From Thalia democratica (lineage: Eukaryota), in NCBI GenBank assembly GCA_965202585.1, contig OZ241826.1, positions 15,562,001-15,626,000 of the forward strand: a stretch of DNA of 64,000 bases, given 5' to 3'. The number at the start of each line of letters is the position of its first letter. The stretch's first letter is position 1. Below are positions 61,101 to 64,000 of the stretch, in pieces. Position numbers and translations under genes: made by a program. Under the pieces are notes generated by a model. It was given only the letters and a program-made list of their open reading frames with translations, was not told the origin of the DNA and searched no databases.

Positions 61101-62101
61101 TACATAAAACATTTACAGATAAAATAACAATTGAACTTAAATGTTCGGTTCAATGTTAAAGTTGTCAAATTTATTTTTTACTTAATAATAGCAAACTACT
61201 TTACAGTGTACTATTTTTTTGATCAAGTTATCCAACTGGGACTTTTTTAAGAACTTTTCAATGAGTAGCTTGCAAACATAACTTCATTGTAGCAGACAGG
61301 TGTGTATTGAAAAGTTTTAAATTAAACACTTAAGGATAAGCAATACGCATGTAGAACAAACTTTAAATATACCCGTTTTATTCATGTAAACTTCTTCCCT
61401 ACTAATTTATTTAGAAACAAAACAGACAAACCACATACAAGCGTACATTTCTCTAACTTCACCTAGAAAAATGTTTCTAACCTCTACATAGTTGCACAGG
61501 TAAAAAATACTTTATATTCAATTTAGTCCCTACATATATTGTATAAGATAAACCTGTTTACCTCTAAAGAGTTGTACAGATGCCTATTGAAGGAACATTT
61601 GATCAATAGTGATGTGAAACGGAGTTTAAGTTGCACTAGTGAGCAAATCTGATCTACTTAACTCAAAAATATACAGATACTAACCTCTACAGAGTTGTAA
61701 AGATGCCTACTGAACGAATACTCGATCAATAGTGGTGTGAAATGGAGAATGAGTTGCACCAGTGAGCAAATCTGATCTACTTAACTTAATAATATACAAA
61801 TACTAACTTCTACAGAGTTGTAAAGGTGTCTGCTGAACGATTACTCGATCAGCAAGGATGTTAAATGTAGGATGAGTTGCACCAGTGAGCAAATCTGATC
61901 TACTTAACTTAAAAATACATATTCTAAATACTAACCTCTACAGAGTTGTACAGGTGTCTGCTGAACGAATACTCGATCAGCAAGGATGTGAAATGGAGGA
62001 TCAGTTGCACTAGTGAACAAATCTGCTCGTCTGTGTTCACCCTCAACATCCACTTGGTGTCGTTGGTGGTGCTGCAAGCTCGCGCGAGGATGTCGTCGAA
62101 T
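1582..62101 (-). CDS. HUWE1: HUWE1-like HECT/UBA/WWE E3 ubiquitin ligase, partial multi-exon gene (64 coding exons in window; both ends outside window)
   Basis: Manual splicing gives an unbroken 8870-nt frame with GT-AG introns. Peptides match my recollection of human HUWE1: [142 protein letters not shown]. Confidence 0.95.
4172..4386 (-). CDS. HUWE1: HUWE1 exon 63
   Basis: [16 protein letters not shown]...; charged coiled segment. Confidence 0.88.
4939..5059 (-). CDS. HUWE1: HUWE1 exon 62
   Basis: [21 protein letters not shown] (HUWE1 RW.EEC.VL...DCV motif). Confidence 0.9.
5274..5397 (-). CDS. HUWE1: HUWE1 exon 61
   Basis: LLEPVAANG...FASMLP. Confidence 0.78.
5550..5653 (-). CDS. HUWE1: HUWE1 exon 60
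   Basis: VNTPNQE...NQSVFH(R). Confidence 0.8.
5867..6057 (-). CDS. HUWE1: HUWE1 exon 59
   Basis: [11 protein letters not shown]...MRQNQ. Confidence 0.85.
6368..6529 (-). CDS. HUWE1: HUWE1 exon 58
   Basis: [10 protein letters not shown]...PISI; phases fit. Confidence 0.8.
6862..7030 (-). CDS. HUWE1: HUWE1 exon 57 (acidic region)
   Basis: [12 protein letters not shown]...LFVQLEDLF. Confidence 0.85.
7347..7477 (-). CDS. HUWE1: HUWE1 exon 56 (acidic region)
   Basis: [11 protein letters not shown]...DDDEDDD. Confidence 0.85.
8235..8318 (-). CDS. HUWE1: HUWE1 exon 55
   Basis: GSNDMDTDP...NDSM; phases fit. Confidence 0.75.
8743..8791 (-). CDS. HUWE1: HUWE1 exon 54
   Basis: [16 protein letters not shown]; tag/gtaatt, phases fit. 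Confidence 0.72.
10216..10320 (-). CDS. HUWE1: HUWE1 exon 53
   Basis: ILCRW...NPSASTDEN. Confidence 0.83.
10321..10436. repeat. Four ~29-bp tandem units (ttgaatacttatttgtaaaatt) abutting the exon 53 acceptor
   Basis: Read directly from sequence. Confidence 0.85.
12551..12770 (-). CDS. HUWE1: HUWE1 exon 52
   Basis: [34 protein letters not shown]. Confidence 0.93.
13458..13708 (-). CDS. HUWE1: HUWE1 exon 51
   Basis: [31 protein letters not shown]. Confidence 0.9.
13989..14087 (-). CDS. HUWE1: HUWE1 exon 50
   Basis: [13 protein letters not shown]. Confidence 0.88.
14517..14647 (-). CDS. HUWE1: HUWE1 exon 49
   Basis: [17 protein letters not shown]. Confidence 0.9.
14880..14988 (-). CDS. HUWE1: HUWE1 exon 48
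   Basis: HPYGQHFGP...SSPEDS; phases fit. Confidence 0.75.
16273..16481 (-). CDS. HUWE1: HUWE1 exon 47
   Basis: [12 protein letters not shown]...[10 protein letters not shown]. Confidence 0.85.
16797..16989 (-). CDS. HUWE1: HUWE1 exon 46
   Basis: [22 protein letters not shown]. Confidence 0.9.
17368..17551 (-). CDS. HUWE1: HUWE1 exon 45
   Basis: LTR...[36 protein letters not shown]. Confidence 0.92.
17801..17928 (-). CDS. HUWE1: HUWE1 exon 44
   Basis: [26 protein letters not shown]. Confidence 0.9.
18117..18261 (-). CDS. HUWE1: HUWE1 exon 43 (WWE domain, second part)
   Basis: [29 protein letters not shown]. Confidence 0.94.
22851..22943 (-). mobile_element. Possible hAT-type MITE terminus
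   Basis: Minus strand begins CAGGGTTGCCAC followed by repeated (A)CCTGGAAAAA/AACCTGGAATT subterminal motifs; no partner TIR found. Confidence 0.4.
22979..23179 (-). CDS. HUWE1: HUWE1 exon 42 (WWE domain, first part)
   Basis: [10 protein letters not shown]...[15 protein letters not shown]...[12 protein letters not shown]. Confidence 0.94.
26143..26270 (-). CDS. HUWE1: HUWE1 exon 41
   Basis: [23 protein letters not shown]...ITP. Confidence 0.87.
26779..27066 (-). repeat. 82-bp tandem repeat: three intronic copies of the last 42 nt of exon 40 plus donor
   Basis: Units start at 26779, 26861, 26943 and 27025. Confidence 0.95.
27025..27177 (-). CDS. HUWE1: HUWE1 exon 40
   Basis: IDHSASTL...[14 protein letters not shown]. 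Confidence 0.88.
27636..27717 (-). CDS. HUWE1: HUWE1 exon 39
   Basis: [11 protein letters not shown]...; follows the VYR/CDL motif. Confidence 0.88.
27763..27943 (-). repeat. Three intronic copies of acceptor plus first ~35 nt of exon 39
   Basis: Direct alignment to 27681-27720. Confidence 0.93.
28681..28784 (-). CDS. HUWE1: HUWE1 exon 38
   Basis: [26 protein letters not shown](R). Confidence 0.87.
29051..29116 (-). CDS. HUWE1: HUWE1 exon 37
   Basis: [22 protein letters not shown]. Confidence 0.78.
29326..29358 (-). CDS. HUWE1: HUWE1 exon 36 (33-nt micro-exon, may be optional)
   Basis: tag|[11 protein letters not shown]|gtgagt; phase 0-0, so not required for frame. Confidence 0.6.
29636..29751 (-). 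CDS. HUWE1: HUWE1 exon 35
   Basis: EDDGRMIDP...DQYPLMM; phases fit. Confidence 0.78.
30091..30288 (-). CDS. HUWE1: HUWE1 exon 34
   Basis: acidic/Pro linker with QEGE(S/T)PPQD repeats; phases fit. Confidence 0.8.
30602..30824 (-). CDS. HUWE1: HUWE1 exon 33 (UBA domain and UIM-like helix)
   Basis: [15 protein letters not shown]...AVQHLL...[11 protein letters not shown]. Confidence 0.93.
31016..31140. repeat. (TA)n microsatellites and a 24-bp perfect inverted repeat
   Basis: 31045-31068 is the reverse complement of 31117-31140, with a (TA)n centre. Confidence 0.9.
31339..31564 (-). CDS. HUWE1: HUWE1 exon 32
   Basis: [10 protein letters not shown]...EENIQQ, leads into UBA. Confidence 0.85.
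31988..32032 (-). CDS. HUWE1: HUWE1 exon 31
   Basis: [14 protein letters not shown]; cag/gtaagt, phase 2-2. Confidence 0.75.
32126..32247 (-). CDS. HUWE1: HUWE1 exon 30
   Basis: [11 protein letters not shown]...; cag/gtcagt, phases fit. Confidence 0.75.
32538..32687 (-). CDS. HUWE1: HUWE1 exon 29
   Basis: AMQLLWD...[20 protein letters not shown]. Confidence 0.88.
33060..33244 (-). CDS. HUWE1: HUWE1 exon 28
   Basis: [27 protein letters not shown]; alternative in-frame acceptor would start at 33256. Confidence 0.88.
33677..33753 (-). CDS. HUWE1: HUWE1 exon 27
   Basis: [13 protein letters not shown]...EIP. Confidence 0.87.
33997..34119 (-). CDS. HUWE1: HUWE1 exon 26
   Basis: [30 protein letters not shown]. 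Confidence 0.93.
38887..39024 (-). CDS. HUWE1: HUWE1 exon 25
   Basis: [18 protein letters not shown]...PERL. Confidence 0.85.
39414..39577 (-). CDS. HUWE1: HUWE1 exon 24
   Basis: [28 protein letters not shown]. Confidence 0.9.
39840..39970 (-). CDS. HUWE1: HUWE1 exon 23
   Basis: [11 protein letters not shown]...RATKKLK; phases fit. Confidence 0.82.
40207..43273 (+). mobile_element. 5'-truncated non-LTR retrotransposon (CR1/L2-like LINE), antisense in HUWE1 intron 22
   Basis: Partial APE endonuclease ([44 protein letters not shown]) and RT. 3' UTR has a stem-loop (43216-43235), AATAAA and an (AAT)n tail. Candidate TSD atacc at 40202-40206 and 43274-43278. Clade assignment is from motif recall only. 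Confidence 0.88.
40520..42889 (+). CDS. LINE ORF2 (endonuclease C-terminal part plus reverse transcriptase), 789 aa open; frameshifted from upstream EN segment 40207-40490
   Basis: [66 protein letters not shown]. Confidence 0.93.
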   Translation: MPNIDWRIPSTDFNKPHECFLNFCTDNFLTQVIENPTHKNGNILDLIICNHFGLDRIISHSTNFPLTNTCDHNLLSLKIKIENKVVPIAKKVSYDYKKADFKSINDFLSKINWTSLFKNSENLQHFYDQFISSIQISIKRFVPIFSKNNKSKKYPSHIKKLLKEKANLYKKSKTNKSLLIKYKNKSKEYQLAVKKYNFEYENKFCKNPNLKKFYSYVKSKLKLNNSIHLLYDNDKNKTVTSDFEIATLFNINFQKVFKKDESYQSFKLPQKNCNKMQNFFITYEDIISSINHLKDKIIRTPENIPPYYIKHVIQSIIFPLSLIFNCSLELSDVPKQWKTSFIIPVHKKGNIHDALNYRPISLTSGFSRIYEHIVSVKILNHLFDNKLLTNKQFGFVPNRSSTIQLLTCLHSWLVPYLKNEFTKVVYTDIQKAFDSVSHKRLLKILNQYGLHESLIDWFDNFLNNRSQRVLINNTLSDSLTIYSGVPQGGVVGPLLFLIYINDICSNIDIKSELSLFADDAKIFSQSNTSLQLSLDNIYLWLKTRKLNLNPSKCKILTINKKESSPTDLLINNIKLPEIKVFKDLGIYNSKDLKWNEHINYLYKIAKTTCYQILKSFKTNSASILTKLFKTYVRPKLEFSTQIWSPHLKKDINKIESVQRSFTRHICNRCNISYTSYNDRMIKFGLKSLEYRRWEFDLLILYKIINGKYKSFFNQFFNFSQNKYQLRGNNLKIKCKHDFQNSQWQGAFFHRAKAMWNRLPQDIVSCERVEQFRLKLKRFDLNTINTSKIN
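43278..43380 (-). CDS. HUWE1: HUWE1 exon 22
   Basis: [22 protein letters not shown]; donor gtatta abuts LINE tail. Confidence 0.9.
43507..43560 (-). CDS. HUWE1: HUWE1 exon 21
   Basis: [18 protein letters not shown]. Confidence 0.85.
43874..44051 (-). CDS. HUWE1: HUWE1 exon 20
   Basis: PTCVLMRDQ...[17 protein letters not shown]. Confidence 0.88.
44344..44468 (-). CDS. HUWE1: HUWE1 exon 19
   Basis: SYQFQQRQ...[14 protein letters not shown]; phases fit. Confidence 0.8.
44897..45079 (-). CDS. HUWE1: HUWE1 exon 18
   Basis: [10 protein letters not shown]...[11 protein letters not shown]. Confidence 0.9.
46057..46253 (-). CDS. HUWE1: HUWE1 exon 17
   Basis: QSEEEDIR...[13 protein letters not shown]. 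Confidence 0.88.
48075..48217 (-). CDS. HUWE1: HUWE1 exon 16
   Basis: GC-rich open frame, phases fit (SSGKSVDTR...EENQED). Confidence 0.82.
48698..48842 (-). CDS. HUWE1: HUWE1 exon 15
   Basis: [17 protein letters not shown]...LGNDP. Confidence 0.92.
49119..49249 (-). CDS. HUWE1: HUWE1 exon 14
   Basis: ALCLNSTGL...[22 protein letters not shown]. Confidence 0.93.
50747..50900 (-). CDS. HUWE1: HUWE1 exon 13
   Basis: [14 protein letters not shown]...[14 protein letters not shown]. Confidence 0.93.
51223..51414 (-). CDS. HUWE1: HUWE1 exon 12
   Basis: [22 protein letters not shown]...[13 protein letters not shown]. Confidence 0.93.
52020..52225 (-). repeat. Three intronic copies of the exon 11 3' end plus donor
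   Basis: 52020-52065, 52102-52135 and 52186-52225 align to 52260-52305. Confidence 0.92.
52260..52361 (-). CDS. HUWE1: HUWE1 exon 11
   Basis: linker [22 protein letters not shown]; phase 1-1 fits neighbours; aag acceptor. Confidence 0.8.
53115..53310 (-). CDS. HUWE1: HUWE1 exon 10
   Basis: [14 protein letters not shown]...[11 protein letters not shown]. Confidence 0.92.
53592..53758 (-). CDS. HUWE1: HUWE1 exon 9
   Basis: [20 protein letters not shown]. Confidence 0.92.
54425..54499 (-). CDS. HUWE1: HUWE1 exon 8
   Basis: [19 protein letters not shown]. Confidence 0.92.
54805..54901 (-). CDS. HUWE1: HUWE1 exon 7
   Basis: [17 protein letters not shown]...LSSIIDVT. Confidence 0.92.
55129..55270 (-). 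CDS. HUWE1: HUWE1 exon 6
   Basis: [16 protein letters not shown]...[14 protein letters not shown]. Confidence 0.93.
55541..55668 (-). CDS. HUWE1: HUWE1 exon 5
   Basis: [12 protein letters not shown]...[13 protein letters not shown]. Confidence 0.9.
55892..55987 (-). CDS. HUWE1: HUWE1 exon 4
   Basis: [12 protein letters not shown]...; aag acceptor (in-frame alternative 21 nt upstream)/gtgagt. Confidence 0.85.
56383..56445 (-). CDS. HUWE1: HUWE1 exon 3
   Basis: [21 protein letters not shown]; cag/gtaagt. Confidence 0.92.
60466..60618 (-). CDS. HUWE1: HUWE1 exon 2
   Basis: HLTALLSS...[14 protein letters not shown]...LSYLGE; cag/gtttgt. Confidence 0.93.
61562..62025 (-). repeat. Tandem array (about 123-128 bp period): three intronic copies of the last 90 nt of exon 1 plus donor
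   Basis: Direct alignment of 61562-61651, 61685-61774 and 61808-61897 to 61936-62025. Confidence 0.95.
61936..62101 (-). CDS. HUWE1: HUWE1 exon 1 (window numbering)
   Basis: [10 protein letters not shown]...[16 protein letters not shown]; cag/gttagt. Confidence 0.93.
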
Positions 62102-64000
62102 CTGTGACGTCATAATAGTCATTTATTTATATATTATTATTTACCGGTTTATTTACTAACATTTATTGACTTATTTTTTGTTATTTATGGTTTTAATTAT
62201 TACAATTTATTATTTAATTTATTTTCAGATCTGTTTAATATCTATTAATTTATTACTACTATTTATTTACTTATGGTTTTTTTTTGTTACAATTTTATTT
62301 ATAATTAATTAATGTTTGCGGCACAGCAAGCTGGTGCAAGGATGTGGTTGGTGAGTGACAATTCAACATTTTTTATTCATTTCAATATGCTATTACATTG
62401 TTAATATTTTAGCAGTTAAAAATATTAAGTAAGTTGTTAAATATGATCTGTTAAAAATATGGTTTTTTATTTGTTTTATTACAATATATAAAAATAAAAA
62501 TTGAGAAAAAGGTCCAGTCTATAACAGGCTTCAAAGCCAGCCAGCCAGCCAGCTTAAATATTAATAACAGTCATTTTGTTTTCACCCAGTATATTTTAGA
62601 ACAACTTTATATAATTTTTTATTTTGGCTCACATGTGGCAATGTTTTATATGTAATGTGGCCAACTTATTGAAAATGGACTTTAGCAAGCTGGTCTACTA
62701 TTTTTAAGCTTAGAAAAAATATTAGTATGAACTATTATATGAAAATGTTAGTTTTAAATTAGAAATATTTGTTTCACAGGCCAGACGTTTGAATTTTTGA
62801 TGTTTTTTTTAACTACTTGATAACTAAAATACTTAAAAGTATTTGAAATAAAGAAAATAAAGAAATATTTGGTAAAAGCCAGGACAAGCGTAATATTAAT
62901 TTATCATAAATTTACTAAACTTCTCACAGATTATTTTATCAGCTCTTTGTATGTTGACTGTGTTTTATAAAAAATCAAGCCTGTATTGTTTTGTAAGATT
63001 CTTTTTTGCACATTTATATTTATAACTTACACCGCACAAAGTTTTTCAGGTGCAAAAAAAAAGTTCCTCAACTTATGACTGTACCTATTTTTACACAAAA
63101 AGTCAAACATAGTCGGTAATTTTTTATTATGTATCAGCGACATCCAATAATTAACCAAAGTAAATCAGTGATAACTTTTTTCTTCAATTAAAATTTGTTA
63201 AATATAAATTTCATAATTTTAGACCAAAGAGGTTAAATTTTATTTTTCACAAGTTGTTCATGTTCTTAATACTCTTTTAATAGCTACCAGCTAGTTTAAC
63301 AGTTTAAATTAAGAATCAGGAAGGTTCAATGAGTGCTAGTTTCATGATTTAACCCAAGTTGTTGTTATTGATATTATAATATTTATAAAATGATGATGAA
63401 CATGTATCTAATTGAATAACATTCAGTGTGTTTAAGTTTTATAATTGCTGATTAAAATAATTATATTTTTAAGCACACTTTTTTAAAGGCTGTAGTAGAC
63501 AAGTTTGTTAACAATAAATAATAGAAAGCTTTATAGTATAGCAACATATTTTACATAATTGAAAAAATAACCACAAGTAAAACATATGTTTTTAGATTAA
63601 ATTCAGTTAGGCTTTTAAAAATAAGTAATTGTCAATTATCTTTGTTAAAGCAAATTTAAAATTATCATAACTAAATTTCATTGCATTTAACAATCTTAGA
63701 CTTGTCTATATTTAATTAATATGTGTTTGTAATAATAAAAATTAAAGCAAAACTTATACTTAAAACCATCATTAATTAATATTTAAAAATATTATTTATA
63801 TTAAAAAAATAAACTTTTAAAGATAAACACAAATTAAATGTTTCAAAGTTAGCTATGAAAAGTTGATACTCTTGTTGCAAAGCTTTTTGTTTTTTAAATT
63901 ATACTTTTTTGTATTTTGCTACAATAATTGTCTACTTTTTTAAGCAGTATCATACTTTTTATTTGACATTTATTATTTTCAACAATAATGACAGAAAGTT

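Noticed and set aside
61482-62025. Regularly spaced repeats resembling a CRISPR array (also at 26779-27066 and 52020-52300)
   Set aside because: The 'spacers' are homologous to each other, the repeats are copies of a eukaryotic exon end, and there are no cas genes.

Overview
AT-rich eukaryotic (animal) genomic DNA. The frequent TGACGTCA motif at 3' splice sites and GTT-type donors suggest a tunicate, but this is inference. The whole window lies inside one minus-strand gene, an orthologue of the giant HECT E3 ligase HUWE1. I reconstructed 64 coding exons (62101 down to 1582; 8870 nt, about 2956 codons) joined by GT-AG introns with no phase break. They cover the ARM-like N-terminus (DUF908/DUF913), UBA, WWE and the acidic/coiled region. 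The first coding exon(s) and the C-terminal HECT part lie outside the window. A 5'-truncated CR1/L2-like LINE sits antisense in one intron, inserted at an exon donor. The main unexplained signal is that about 25 of the 64 exons have short same-strand 'echo' copies of their edge plus splice site in the adjacent intron, up to 5 per edge. Many echoes differ from the real exon almost only at synonymous positions, for example 7 of 7 changes silent in two independent cases. That is not expected of neutrally decaying intronic duplicates. It suggests conversion-donor/backup cassettes, captured divergent alleles or homoeologues, or cryptic cassette exons. Several exons also show GC-ending codons in the core and AT-ending codons at the edges.
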